Shown here: positions 48,124 to 63,029 of the stretch, in pieces
Numbering within the stretch: the stretch's first letter is position 1
Layout of the letters: every line of letters begins with the position of its first letter
Origin: Ptychomitrium polyphyllum
Taxonomy: Eukaryota
Direction of reading: 5' to 3'
NCBI GenBank assembly: GCA_973851085.1
Contig: OZ316775.1
Location: 12,214,001 to 12,278,000 of the forward strand
DNA length: 64,000 bases
The notes under the pieces: model-generated
The model's database searches: none
What the model was told of the DNA's origin: nothing
The model's input: the letters and a program-made list of their open reading frames with translations, nothing else
Program-made: the position numbers and the translations under genes

Positions 48124-51100
48124 TTTTGGGATACAAAGAACAAAAACCAAAAAAAAAATGTTTCTTAAGAATTAGCTAATAAAAACTAATGATTTACAAG
48201 AATAAACATACAGACTAGACCATAGCAGAAAACAAAACAATCCACAACTTAGGTTAGCAAAACTAAGATAAACCTTATCTTGCCTCTTAATTAAACAAAG
48301 ATGCCTATAATCCCAAAATCTACTTCTGAATAAGCATCCTATAAAGCTATAGAATGTTTTAGACATCTAAAAATCCTTCTTATAAAATCTTCCAAGATGT
48401 TTGAACCTTCCTAAGAAGCTTCTAAAGAATTGGAAACGATTACGGAGACATTGAAAGTATTCTAAAAAACTACTATAATATACCAGAAGGTTCCAGAAGG
48501 TTCTAAAGACTATATTGCATGATTTATGTCCGTGACATCACCTCCCTATTTTAGCAACAAGTCCCATGAAGAGTTCTTCTTATGGCTTGCTCGTCACATA
48601 TTCACAAATCTCAAAACTTGTCAAAGAAAAGAAGCAACATAATTTGTTTGTTGTATTTTGCTCACTGCTTCAACTAGTCCTTGTAAGAAGCGCCAATGAC
48701 CACCAACCAAGACCTCTATTGTTGAAATGTCCTAGTCCAAGATTTGATCTTGATTAAGTCCTTCAAAACATCCTCCAAATAAGATCTGTGGTCCTCTAGG
48801 AGTAACTCTTCCAACTTCTAACAAGATGACTAGAGTTTGAGCATCTGAATCAAGACTAGAATGTGAAAGGCGGCTAGCCAATACTTCTGCATGAAGTCGC
48901 ATTCAACGTTGGAATGTCTTTCTCATATCTTGGCTTAAATCCTTTGGTACTGAAGGTTGATAAAGTTGAGTTGGTTCAACAAGTGTTACGGTTGAAGAAG
49001 GCACAGTCAACTACTCTTCACGCATATCCATGATAACATGAAGATTTGACATACTAACTAGGATTTGAAGATGATCTATTTTGGAAATAATGCTGCATAC
49101 AATTGAAGGTTGGATATCTCTTCCTCTTTTTTATACTCACCTATGGAAAAAACTTCTTCATGAAGCTAACGGCTACTGATAACACATTATTACTAACTTG
49201 GTTTCTGGGGATATCTTTGATGAAATTTGCATACTTTGTCAAACGCATTCATCACGTTTATTGAAGGTTCCCATGTTTGGTCATTGATGCCATATCCTTG
49301 CCAATATATAAGGTACTCTACATGTCCATTCTTGATGCGTAAATCTAAAATCTCTTCGACTTCATACTCCATTTCATTATTGATTTCCACAAGAGGAGGC
49401 GGAGGAACAATCATCTCTAGTATACATGACTTGTTGTAAATTTCTAGCAAAGATAAGTGGAATACTAGATGAATTTGCACGGTTGGTGGTAGTTTGAGGC
49501 AATAACTATTTGGATTTATCTGTTTGCTGATTTCAAATGGTCCCAACCTTTGATAGTCCAGCTTCTTCGACAATCTTTATGTCTGTATGTTTTGTCGTAG
49601 GAGCCATACGCTGTCTTTGACCTTGAACTTTGGATGGTCCTTCCGATGACAATTTGCATAAGTTTTATAACGATCTTGAGCTTGTTATAATTGGAGAGCA
49701 AGTTCTTGGTGGATTTTAGCAAGTTGAGTTGCAAAATCCTTTGCTGCTGGACTTTCAATATGTTTCATTTGAAACGGGTATGCTCGAGGATGATGGCTAT
49801 AGTTTTCAAAGAATGGATTTGAATTGTTAAAGAATGCATTGTATAGTTGTAAGCAAACTCTGCCATAGGTAAGAGTTCCATTCAATTGCCTTCCTAGTAG
49901 TTTATGCTGCAACAAAGGTACTGCTCAAACATTTGATTCACACATTTGGTTTGACCATCAGTCTGCGGATGATGTGCTGAAGAAAAAGTTGATCTTTACG
50001 TGCAACAGCTAGAACAAAACCCTCCAAAAGTTGGAAATGAACTGCGGCCCTTGATCGAAACAATATCATTTGATAGTCCATGTATGCGGTAGACGTGATT
50101 TATGAACAACTTGGCAGTTTCTTCTCTCGCTACCGTCTTGTTGCATGGAATGAAATGTTCCATTTTGGTAAACCGATCCACCACTACCAAAATAGAATCC
50201 TTAAAATCAGAGTTTTGAAGGTTCGTAATAAAATCCATTCACAATGACAACCATGGACCATTTGGCACTAGAAGCGGATGGAGGAGACCATGAAGTTGGT
50301 GTCTTGGTACCTTGGCCCTTGCACAAGTGTTGCATGATCAAACAAAGTACTTTACGTATTTTCACATTTACGGCCACGAATAGCTTCTAGCAATCAACTC
50401 TTTTGTTTTATTGAATCCAAAATGCCCTGCTGCTGGAAGATCATGACGTGCTTGAAAGATCTTCAATCGCAAAGGGCTTGGAGGTAGGTACAAAAGTTCT
50501 TTATAATAAAGTAGGCCCTCTTGGAATTTAAAGTCTTCATCATTATTTGAAGGATCTCCGTTGTTTTTGAGGCGCTTCTTTATATTTGAAAGAAAGACAT
50601 CATTCTTCAAGGCCCTCCAAATTTTGTCGAGATGGGATGTCGTGGTAATAATCGCTGCTTTCAATTGAAGATTTTGTGGCTTCAATAAAATAGTCCTTTG
50701 TTGATCCAAAACATAATTTATAAGTTGAAGAGCTAAATAAGATCTTTGAGATAAGGCATCTAGCTTACTTTGTAGGCTACCAAGTGTGAGCTATGGAATT
50801 AGTACATTTTGGTTTTTTTCCTTAAAAATTGATAAAAAGTGATATGTGTAGATAGGATTAGGTCTAATTAGGGCCAAAGGACCAAAGTAACAGTGTAGTT
50901 GATATTTAAGGAGATCTTGGTGTAATTTGGATAGACATTCATAGCTTATAATGATCAAGTCCAGTAAATAGAGAGAATTAGAGAAAGAAGAATAAGTTTC
51001 CAAAATTAGACAAGTAGGAACTGAGGTAATTGGATAAGGGATTAATATTGATTAGAACAGTAGCTAAAATTAAACCAATTTTTGAAGCTTAGAAACAGCA

Positions 51101-54100
51101 ATTAAATTTAGAATATTGCTAAAAATAGAATAATAGCTAAATCTAGATTTGTTGCTAAAATCTAGAAATCATCAAAAGTTAGAATAACAACTAAATTTAT
51201 AACAGTCGCCTATATCTAAGGAATATTTAAATTTAGAATATTATCTAAATTTAGAATATTAGTTGAATTTAGAATAGCGGCTAAAATCTAAGAATATAGC
51301 TAAATTTTTTTAAATGACCAAATTTAGAATAATAGCTACATTTAGATTAGTAGCTGAAATCTAGGAAATCATCTAATTTTAGAACAGGGGCAAAATTTAG
51401 AACAACAATTACATTTAGGAGAAGGTCAAAGTATAAATTAGGATCAAGCAGCCTAGAAATTTCAACAGCCAATGGAAATGGAGTAGGGTGGTGAGGTTCC
51501 CTGTAAAAAGAAAAATAGGGAAGCAAAAACACGGGGTTTTCAAGCAAACTTTAGTTGTGAGCACACCTTTAGTTCTAGCAGGAAAAGTTTTGTTGAAAAA
51601 GAAAAAAAAATTAGGTTTTGAAATTAGGTTTTGAAGTTAGAGTATGAAGTTAGGGTTTGAAATTAGGTATTTGAAGTTAGGTTTTGGAAACAGGTTTTGA
51701 AGTTAGTTGACACAATTAGTTTTTAGCATATAGGAGTTAATTATGAGCAAGAAAGTGATTAGGTGTTTAGCAAGGGAAGTTAGTGGTGGAACAAGAATGG
51801 GCAACAATTAGGGCTCGGATTTTGAGCTGTCAATCCCTCATGATGCAAGTGAAAAAGTTGAGTTAATAGAAGGAGTTACAAGCTTTTCAACAAGCTAAAG
51901 AACGCTCAATTTGAAAAAGTATGAAAGAAATGGCGGCCGTTTGAAGTGAAGGGGGTCCTTTAGTCGGGCAGTCTTATAAGTCCAACTTTGGCAAGACACA
52001 TCTTGCTAGTCACAAGTCCAATTGCTACAAAACTTAATTTTTCTAAAGCCTTTTGAAGTTTAAATTTTAGAAAATCTAAAATCTACAAATTTGGACTATG
52101 GAGACGGCGGCAACGCCCAATTTAGTACCAAGGAGTCTACTGCTCGACAAAACTAAAGCGGCAACTTGAAGGTTGAGATTTGGAAGACCTTGGCTAGATA
52201 ATTAGTAAGTAATCTAAGAATATACTTAGCTATATGCTATTGAATTACATTATAATCAAAGCTACAACATTAATGTTAAACTACATATAGAGCATTTTAT
52301 CCAATTGAGAAGTTAGGTTCAACTAGGTAATTTTCAATTGGACTACAACGCAACGTAAGTAATTGCATATAGAACCAAGATTGTGTGAACTAATATTCCT
52401 TCTGCTAGTAGAGGTTAATTTGGCTCACACTAGGTTGATAGGTAATGACAAAGTCAAATCTACAAAGCAACGTATTCCACCTTGCTTGACAATAATTCAA
52501 AACGCTCGCACTTATGAAATATTCCAAGTTTTTATAGTTTGTATATATCGTAATGGTATGTTGAGCTCCTTCCAATAGGTGCCATTATTCTTCAAACGCA
52601 TCCACAATTGCAAGTAATTCCTTATCATGTATATCATAGTTGATTTCTGTTGCTGAGAACCTTTTTGAATAATAGACAATAGGATGGAGTCTTCCATTAT
52701 CATCATATTGTAAGAATACTGAGCCAAGTACAAAATTTGAGCCATCCGCTTTCAAATATAAAGGCTTTGGCGGATTTGGATGAATAAGGATTGGAGCCCA
52801 CGTGAATGACTTTTTAAGACCTTGAAATGCTCTTTCTGGCTCTTCATTCCAAGTAAGTTTTTGCTTCTCCGTAAGTCATGTCAATGGTGTCGCAATTTTG
52901 GAATAGTCTTTAATGAATATCTTGTAGAAGTTTACAAATTCTCAAAAAATTTGATCATCTTGAATTGATTTTGGCGTACTCCACTCCATGACAGTGCTTA
53001 TTTTCTTTTCATCCATATGGATACCTCCTTTAAAGATGATGCTGCCTAAAAATTCAATTGAAGATTCATGAAAAAGGCACATCTTTAATTTGGCATACAA
53101 TCTCCATTGGCGTAGTTTTTCTAAGACCACTTGCACATGACATTTGTGTTCTTATTCATCCTTTGAATATATAAAAATAACATCCAAATAAATGACTATA
53201 AAATCGTTCAAGTGTTCATAAAAGATATCATTCATCATATGTTGAAAGACCGCATGGGCATTAATAAGGCCAAAAGGCATGACATTGTATTCAAAATGGC
53301 AATACCTAGATCAAAAGGTTGTCTTTTATTTGTCTCCTTCTTTGATGCGTACAAGATTGTATGCTCCTCTAAAATCAATCTTGGTAAATATCCTTGCTTG
53401 GCTGAGTTGCTATATGAATTCTAAGAGTAATAATAATGGATAGTGATTGTTCTTGATTAGTTTAATGATGCTTCGATAGTCCACACACATACGTAATGAA
53501 CCATCTTTCTTTTTCACAAATAGGATGGATATTCCAACATGTGACTTAGAGTATTGGATGAAGCCTTTTCCGAGGTTTTCATCAACATATTCTCTCAAGG
53601 CAGTCAACTCGGTTTGTGATAGGTTATAGATAGGTCCAAAAGATAGTTGGGCTCTTTTTTGCAACTCAATGGTATAGTTGTAAGGCCAATGCTTTGGTAA
53701 TATGTCTACATTTTTCTCCTCAAAAATAACTTTATAATTTTGATATTGATGAAGTTTGTTTCATTAGTCTCTTGTTTTAAGCCAGACATTGGTGTTGAAT
53801 AAATGGCATCGGTTTGTTTATACTTCGCCGCTCTTTTGAATGCCTTAGCTTTTATTAATGATTGTTCAAGATTTTTAGTACTTTGATGTCTTTTTATTAA
53901 GACCACATTCCATTAGCGCTAATCAATGTCTAAATTATATAACTCAATCCAAGGAATGTCCAAGATTATTGGATTTATTCGGCTTTGAATGATATTAAAG
54001 ACAATCTTAGATACTTGGTCTCTTAGAACAACCTCTAAGAATAGAGTTTTTTCAATAACATTGCCAAATGCAAGAAATTATGCAGTGGTAACTTGAACAA

Positions 54101-56108
54101 GTGCGGGATGTTTTTTGTTCATAAACACCATGTGGTGTTTTGTTTTAAAATCCTTATGATGAAGCATGTTGTTGGTCTAGTGTCCAAAAGAGCTTCACCA
54201 ACTATTTCATCATCTAACAATTTAATTTTGATAAGAGACATAAAGCAAGAAGTAGGAAATGGAAGTAGTAAGAGACCTTGATTTAATAGTTGTTTTCTTG
54301 TGGTATTTAATCACATAGTCCCTATTTTGATTAAACATCATTTTCCAACTCCACCATTGTACTTTGAGCTTTAAAGGCAAATCCATTGATTTAACAATTG
54401 CGCACTATATATCCAAACTTGCCACAATACAAACATAGGTTTCCTCTTTGACACCTTTCTTATTTTTTGGAAATCAAACATCTAAATTGAGTAGCATCAA
54501 TTTGCATACGTTCTGGTCCTTGTAGTCAGTTTTTCAATACTTTTAAAGAAGTGGTTGCCATACCTTGATGTACCGGTTGCCATCCCAAGCATTATTTTTA
54601 GCGCCTCTCAAATAGCCTTTTGACACATGCTATTACTTGAGTGATGAATTCCTCCAGTGTTTCAACCCTTAGCATTGTGAATTGCAATTCATTCACATTT
54701 TATGTTAGGCCCAATCTAAATTGTGTAACTAAGGCCATATTATTCCAATCAAGGTTGCAAGTTAATTGTTGAAACTCTAGAGCATATGTAGCAGCTGAGC
54801 GCTGTCCTTGTTGGAGATTTTGGATCCTTGTTTCAGCTACCTTCTCTTAGTTGGTGTCTCCAAAAGTAGATATCAATGCTTCCATAAAAGCATCTAAGTT
54901 ATTTAATAATAGTCACTGCTTCTCCATTAATGGTGCAAACCACAATAGTGCATTGTTTGATAAAAGAGTGGCTACAAATCTCACTTGAGTAGTGCCATCT
55001 AGATAGCAAGATTAATGCAAACTGACATAGAGCCTTATTTCTTGAACAAGGCCTCTCAACTTTTATCTTAATCCATCAAACTTGTCTAGCATGCTAATCT
55101 TTGGCTCTGCATGGTTTTGACGTAAGCCTTTTCTTCCAATATTGGCCTCTTGCAATCAAATAATCTCTTGATATAGACTTTGAATATCACCATTGAATTC
55201 TTCAGATTGTCAAGTGTACTGCTCTTAATTGTTGGTATTATTGGAGCGAGCAAGTACTGTTTGAACTGTATTTAATAACTCTTGTAGATTTGCAATAATT
55301 ACAAATTTATTTTTTGATGTTCTAAGCACGTTATTCATTATTTAAGACTATCAAGAATAAGAAGACTATAAGTACCTTCAAAGAAGGATAATCCATGTTC
55401 TTTAAAAGATTGATTCTTCTTCAAAAGAAGTAGTACTTGGTTTTAGAAGAAAAAACCAACTTCATAGTATCAACCTAGATGAGGGTAATCTGCAACCTTT
55501 AAGACACTATAGAATTCTAAAGAAGATGGATAATCTACTATATTCTTCAAAAAAGCTTACCTCTAACAAAATTAAAGAGTAGTCTTGCCAAATTGTTGGA
55601 AACACAAGAAACAAGAAGTAGAAACAAAGTATTTTCCAAGAATTAGCTTCCAAAGAGTTAATGATTAATAAAAACTTTATACAAAGACTAAAACAAGGTA
55701 TAAAGACTAAAACAAGGCAAGATACAAAATGATCCACAACTTGTGTTGGCATAACTAAGGTAAACCTTGTCTTACCTCTTATTTAAACTATGATGCTTGT
55801 ATCTTCAAAAGTTACTTCTAACCTTCCTTGGCAATTTTCTAAGGTATTGGAACCTTTGTATGAAGTTTTCTAAAGAGGTAAAACCTTCCTAGGAAGCTTC
55901 ATAAGGTAATGGAATCTTTTTAGGAAGTTTTTTGAGATAATGGAACTTTCTTAGGAAGTTTTATGAGGTGGTGGAGCTGTGCTAGGAAGTTTCCTAAGAA
56001 CATAAAAACGGCTATGGAGACATTCAAAAGTATTCTAAAAACACTATAATATACCAGAAGATTCCAGAAGGCTTTAAAGACTAAATTGTATGATTTATGT
56101 CCGTGATA
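48124..56108 (-). mobile_element. Ty3/gypsy chromovirus copy C (same family as A and B): 5' LTR 55594-56108, gag-pol, 3' LTR ~48124-48537
   Basis: The minus strand is colinear with copy A from LTR to LTR. PBS ttggcaagacta at 55580-55591. RT ORFs 53410..53664 and 52942..53136. Interrupted at 50785-52429. Confidence 0.92.
50785..52429. mobile_element. 1.64 kb solo-LTR-like insertion in copy C
   Basis: 7-bp inverted termini TGTGAGC...GCTCACA, imperfect TSD ccaag/ctagg, and pol resumes on both sides. Internal ~20 bp repeats at 51060-51420 and 13 bp repeats at 51610-51710. A similar end (ttggctcacac) occurs near 59670. Confidence 0.75.
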
Positions 56109-56279
56109 CTAAATGGAAAAAAGGCATTGCATTACAAAGAAATGTAGCATAAAAAACGGCCATATTTCCTTAATAATCCATTCTCATCCATTTTGGATGT
56201 TCTTTCTACATTGTCAGCAAGCAAGATGTTTACTTTAATATTTCTGTCATTTACACCCTCATAGACCATTTTTTAATGA

Positions 56280-56510
56280 AGCACACAATTTCCACAATAT
56301 ATTATTTACATAATAATGGCCAAGCCAAAACCACCAACAAGATTATAATTGATATGCTTCAAAAACTCGTCAATGATTACTAGAACAATAGAAGTATCCA
56401 CTTGACCATAGCTTTGTTTACCAACCAAATTGCTTACAAAACCACTACCAATCATTCTTCTTTATAAATCTTGTATAATATGCTTTGTATTATGCCTATT
56501 AAATACTCAA
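56280..56510 (+). mobile_element. Decayed non-chromovirus gypsy integrase fragment
   Basis: Reads NGQAKTTNKIIIDMLQKLVN...LFTNQIAYKTTTNHSS, resembling the NGQAE.TNK...LFAYRTAYK..T.HTPF integrase core. Confidence 0.55.
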
Positions 56511-59500
56511 TTCAACAAACTGCACCACTAGTAAGTACATTTTTTAGCTTTGTTGCTTCTTAGTAGCCTACATCACTGACCTTAAAAAATTAAATAACAG
56601 CGCTTTCAAGCCCAACAGTTCTTCAGCATCACACAATGGACATGGACCCAACTTATTACAGCGTAAGGCAAAAATACTACCTTCAACCTTGGTAATGATA
56701 TTCTTTGGTATCCTAAAAGTGCCAAATTGTGTACTAAATTTTTTTAAATAAATGATATGGTCCCTATCAAGTTGAATACCCTCTACTAAATAATATTGTA
56801 TTATTAATCTTCATTTATTACTTTAACTTGAATCCAATAATTATCAATTTTAATAAATTAAAATTCTACTAGTATCTAAATGATAATCCAATTCTTCTAC
56901 TAGAAGCTCCCAATTCATTTAAATCTATTATTAAAACCATTAATCATAATGATGACTTGGCCGCCTTTGAAGCCATTCAATAATGATGATTAGGCCCATT
57001 ATTACGGTCTACTGCATATTTCAAACCAACCCTATGTCCTATTCTATTTCTAACAATTTTTTCCACCACATTCTTTTTTTACCCTCTTTTGCCTATCCAA
57101 CTATCACTTTATACTTGCACTTATTTCTTCCCTCTTTTTCTTCTCTTAATGCTTACTTTTCATCTTCTACTACCAGGTGCAGCCAAAAAAAAGACCATTC
57201 TATTTTGTGCCTATATAATAAATTGTCTGATTGGAAAAGCTTGGCAAATTATTAAGCTCACTTCTATAATTTTTTTGGACGTTGGAGCCGCAATAAAAAA
57301 ATTTCTTTACAATATAGTTTTATTAAAGTATGTTTAGCTCCTTTGGAACTAATCCTTCCACCACAAGGCTACAACTTTAAAGTTTCAAAACACCCAATAG
57401 AAAAAGAGGGTGTTGACTTCTTTAATATTATCTTTGGTAAACAAACCCACATCACTCGTAGTCAAATTAGCATAATTTTATATATCAATGATAAAACAAT
57501 TAATAATATTCAACCTTTGATATTTCTTACTTGCTTTACTTGCATAGCGGATTTAAATCTTAGGAGCAAAGAAGAGTGGGATATACAATAAGGGCCAAAG
57601 GAATTAATTTGGCGCAAATGAGGCATTCTCCAAGGTATCTTTTTTCAAAAAGAATATCACTTATATGGCCAATAGAAACTTGGCTATCAAACCCAATCAA
57701 TGGGCCTAGCTGAGCACCGTATACAATCACCTTTCCACTAAATTATTGGAAATTCAACAAGGTATAATTGTTTTTTGTACTTTAGCCAAAATCTGGCAAA
57801 AAATCATTTTTTTTATTTTTTATTCCTTCATTATTATTTATCTTAAATTTGGTTTTATTGAAGCCGTGGAATATTCACTGCCATACCACAACTTTAACAA
57901 AATCAAATGTTCCTTGCGCATCACAAGAAATTGCCAAGACTCCTATTGAGGTCGGACCTTCTTATATTCAAATAAGGTCACAAATAACAACCTTGGTTAG
58001 CACAAAGCAAGCAACCAAGTTTAAAGCCCTTATACAACAACATTGGAAGAAGCAAAACTGGTGTACTAATTTGACATCAGGAACCAAACACCTGTTATTC
58101 TTTGTCCACATAATATTATTAAGTATGATCCTAAATTAACCCTCGCTATACAAAAGGCCAATTTAATTCACACATTTCTATTTAAGCTATGGTTATCTAA
58201 ATTGCGTTGTAGTCTAAGATAAGATTTAATTAGATTAGAATCAAATTCATAATTGTTCAAGTCTTTTCATACGTTAGTGAATATCTAACTAGAAGTATAG
58301 TAAAATAGCTATGTACTAAATTACTACTTGTTTACTACAACTCTAATGACTTAATATTTTAGAAGGCTTTAGTGAGTTGGTTGGCCTTGATTTAAGAATA
58401 TATTTCCCTTATTTAGTGGTCCAGACCAGTAGCCACCAAACTATTGCTCTATTCAACCTCATAATATTTTTTGCTTAAGGCAGCAAGACCCCCTCACACC
58501 AAATCGGATGCCACAAACACTTCATAGCTTTAAATCTTATGATCTTGGTGTTTATAAAATCACAATTACTAAGTTTAATTTCTTCTAAAATTTCAAAACC
58601 TCATCTCTAAAGGCGAGAGAGAAAACAACCAAAATCTAAGGCCAAGTTTCAACCCAAAGTAGACGCCTGCTATAGACCTTGTCGCACCAAATTCACCGCC
58701 ACCCACGCTTTATAGCTCCAAATCTTGTGATTTTAGTGTATATAAAGTCTTCATAGCTTGATCTACCCTCTCCAATAATTCTTGCTCTAATTGGAGTTTT
58801 ATGCGCAATGATTTGCTCCTCCAAAGTCGAGTATCTTGAGCTACAAAGGCAACCAACCTGCTTCCACTAAAAACGCTACCACCGCCTTGTCCCTTATTGG
58901 AATTGGGCAATCTTTAGCTTATTAGAATCCTTACTGTTTCTATCTCCTTCCTACAAAAACTGACTATAAAAACTACTGTTTTTTGTTTGCAAGCTTCCGT
59001 CAAAGTTTTGGCATTCCCCACTTTCATCTTCACTTTCTTCTCTTAATTCTCCCTTCGGCCGCCTTTTCTCTCTCTCGGCCACCTTTCTATATTTTAGCAT
59101 TGTACCCTAACTTTTAAACTCCATAACTTAATTTTAAACTAAGCTACCTTATCTCAATGATAAAGTGGGCTCCAAACCAACTTCAGTCACTTCTAACTCC
59201 TTGCATTAACTTAGATGGTCATACTAAATAACTTATGTTCCAACCTACTTACAATTTGACTTCAATTAACTCATCTAAGTTTCCAATAACTAAATATTAA
59301 TTTGTTATCAAATTTTTGTAGCCTATTATTGACTTGGTTCTAACTACTTGATTATAGCAAGTATTCTTCAGTTCTTTTAATTGGAGGACATTCCTTTAAG
59401 ACTTCCTTATTCAACTTGTTAATCTAACAGTAATACCTAGTGATTAATCCTTCTAAAATACTAATTAAGTCTGACCACTAGTTCATTTATTGCCATAAAT

Positions 59501-60857
59501 AGCACCTTCCATGATTTTTTGATATTTTTCATGGACCTACTTGCCTAACCACCCTTAAGCTTAGTTAGTCACTAGAATGACTCTAATTAGTACTATTACA
59601 AGTCTATTTCCTAGCAATTAATGCTAATAGTTAACAATTAATGAAAATTGACCAATTGAGCCAATTCTTTGGCTCACACTAAGCACCACTCAATCTTCTT
59701 TACCTTCTCCTATCACCATTTCTGCCCTTATTCCTCATTAGTCCCAATTCAATTTTTCTTCCAACTTTAATATCGGTAATCGACATTAGTATTGTAATTG
59801 ACTTTCCTCTACTCATCTCATGCATATTGAAGTATACACACTAACCAGCTTCTATTTTGAAACCCACTCCAACTCTTCTTTCTACCTCCTCCAATCCAAT
59901 TCTTCTCTTTAAATCTATCAATCCGACTCAACCTACCAATTGGACTTCTTTGGCTCATTCCATGGAATATAATCTTTTGTACATAAAACACAACATCTTA
60001 GCACTCTACTACGTCATCTAGTTTCAAATAAACACATTTTCCATGCTCTTGGAAGCCTAAACCAACTTTAAAGTCCTCACACTCCATGTCCGATCAATGA
60101 TTGGAAAACGACATCAATTGACAAACCACTTGAACCACTTCCTCATTAACTAGTTGCCTCTTTCATTAGACCAAGCAGGAAGTATGGTTCCTCACGTTCA
60201 AACAAGACTTCAGTCAACAATAGATGGCAATTCAAGAAAGTTTCATTAATAAATTCATTATCTAGCTTGACATAGCCTAGAAGAAATTAGTAGATTTCTA
60301 TACGCATCTTCCTCTTTTTAATCTTAGACTTTAGTAGAAAATTGTACAATTTACAACTAAGTCTAATAAATGGCTTAGGTTAGCAAGACCTTCCATTAAC
60401 AAGCAAACTACCAATATTAAAGACACATGAATGACTTGTCAAATGCCTTTAGAATACCTATATTGTTGTTGCCAAGCAAGATCCCATCATACACTATTAT
60501 CAACAACACTTTTCAAGTTGGAAAGATACTTACCTAATACCATACTATCTCAAACCGCCATTGCTTCCCAACTCCAACAAAGCATACTTTGATGGCCCTA
60601 TTGCGGGTCTTTCTACCACTTCTTGAATAATTCCCACTTCCATGCAACTTCTTCATTCTTCACCTATTTATACTCAATTTTCTATTCCTTCTATTCACCC
60701 AACACTACACTCTCTACCCACTTTTGTTACTATCATAGTTCCTTCACCCACAACATCCGCTTGTGCTATACTTTACCGCTTGATGCTATTTAAATGTCTA
60801 AATGAAAATTCTTTCTTGAAATTTTTAAAGTGTAAACTTATTTTAAAAAGATGATAA

Positions 60858-61305
60858 TATTACTGGCCGACAAGGTCTTCTATCCGGTATATTGAACTTT
60901 CCCTACCAATCTTACTGGATGATAGTCATTAATCTATTTTCTATTAGTTCAAACAATAGGTGTAGATCCAAAATTATGTAATATAGTATATAAATCCTCA
61001 ATCAAGAAAGTTGAGGATGTGGTGCATTTTTCTTATGAACAAACTTTGTTGATAATAATAGATTATTTTTTCTTGATCTATTTGGTTGTATCTATTTCTT
61101 TTTTGATCTTCTATTTTGTTTCACTTTATTTATACTATATTTTTTTTTGCAGTAGCTACCAGTTTATATAATTTAGTTTCTGGTGTTTTTTTCCAAGCTA
61201 GATTGTGTTCATAAAGAATTCTTTGATTGGTACCACCAATCTTTCTCCAACTAGTTTGTATAAATTAAGATCTTCAAGTTTCTTAATAAAACTTGTTTAT
61301 CAACA
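60858..61305 (+). repeat. Family F LTR
   Basis: Decayed PPT then tattactgg...tttatcaaca. Colinear with 29113-29502. Confidence 0.7.
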
Positions 61306-62573
61306 ATATTTATCTAGAAATTACCGACCCTTACAAATGCATTGTGCTTGAGCAACCTTGGATTGCTTCATTGGAAGCTTTGTAGCTAAGATAACTTCCT
61401 CTGAAGCTTCCTAGGCCATCTTCAAACTTCTATGAACCATTCTAAAAGCTTCTAATATGTTTCCGTGACAATTGGTGGATGTAAAGAACATTGGTTCAAG
61501 GTATCAATGGTGTCATTTTGACTCCCATCATGCCCAAAGCCAAGAAGAATGATCCATCATTCATTGAACCAGTCCATTTACCATTTTGTTAGTTGATAAG
61601 TGATATTAGATATTACAACAATTTCTTCAAGCTAGAAGATAGAAAACATCCAAATAACATTGAAGGTACACCATTCATTTTCAAATAAAAATTTTAGGTA
61701 CTAATTATCATAGAATGGAAAGTACCTTTAAAGTAATAAAGCAAAAAAAATCAACAAAGAGAGTCCAAAGACAAGCAATCAATGAAAGATGAGTATTGTA
61801 TGAAAATTGGGCCATTGTTCAAATTTTTTTATGACTTAAGAGCATTTACTTTAAGCACCTTTGCCACATTCCAACCTAAGCAATACTCTAAAAATTATTG
61901 TTGCAATATTACAAATCAATTAGTTAGATATAAATTGTTTGCAATTGCAATATCGAGATTATAAACTAAAGACAAACCAATTACAAATATAGCTATAAGT
62001 GATCATTGTTTAGGTAGCGGACACTTAACGCAATTATTGCCACTTTGAAAATGCATACAAAAAAACCACCTTCAAGCTTCTATAAGTACAAATCCAATTT
62101 AAGCTAGTTTGAAGACTCAACAATACCAAATGGTGGTTCCAACTAGAAGCTAAGCTGAAATTCCAATTGTAAGATTTTCTCCAAGAATCACTACTTATAG
62201 GCTAAGTTAATTGTCCATCATCAATTACATAAGGTTATAAATGGAACCATCTCCAATTATTGAGGAAACCAATAGTTAAACCTTACTAAAGCATTAAAAA
62301 TCCATCAAATCAATTTTAATTGCTAGAAATGATAATTGGAGTAGTTTAAGGTCCAAACTTTTAATTTCATTCCATAAATGAACAATAAGGATATGAATGT
62401 CCATAGTATTAAACAATCAATAAGCTTGATTAATTATCATTAATTTATTTTAAGCAAATTACATATTAGATAGAATTGTAGGCCAAATAGTATGATTAAC
62501 ACCATGTTTAAAACGTTTTTTGGTTTTAATATGAGCTCTTAGAGTTAAGGCCAATTATTATTGGATAGAAAAT

Positions 62574-63029
62574 AGTTGATAAACAAGTTTTGCTAAGAGA
62601 TTTGAAGATCCTAGTTTATGAAGATTGGTAGCAAAAATATTGATAGTATTGATTAAGGAATACTCTATAAATTCAGTCTAATTAAAAAAGAAACACAAAG
62701 AACTAAGTTATATAGATTAATAATTATCTCAAAGAATAAAATACCTTACAAGGAATATGAAATGAAACAAATGATCAAAAAGAATTAGATACAACCACAC
62801 TAATCAAAAAGAAGTAATTTAATATTATCAAGGAATATTTTATCAAAAAAAAATATACCACATCCTCAATTCTCTTGGTTGAGGGTTTAAATACTATATT
62901 TTAGATCCTATAACTCTAGTTTTACATCCATTATCTAAATTAATAGAAAATAGACTAACAACTATCATTGAATGGTACTGATAGGAAAGTTTGGTAGTAC
63001 CGAGTAGAAGACCTAGTAGACTGGTAACA
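62574..63029 (-). repeat. Family F LTR, inverted relative to 60858-61305
   Basis: Minus strand starts tgttaccag at 63029 and ends cttgtttatcaact. Confidence 0.65.

Larger units (their letters stand above)
43230..50784. repeat. Near-perfect inverted repeat, arms 43230-45626 and 48388-50784 (~2.4 kb each)
   Basis: All mirrored ORF pairs have identical translations and coordinates summing to 94014. Only two mismatches were noticed, both in the outermost ~40 bp. Confidence 0.9.

Noticed and set aside
45574..48433. Exact 1.38 kb tandem duplication
   Set aside because: The copies directly flank a 100-N gap and are identical, as expected for unmerged overlapping contig ends.
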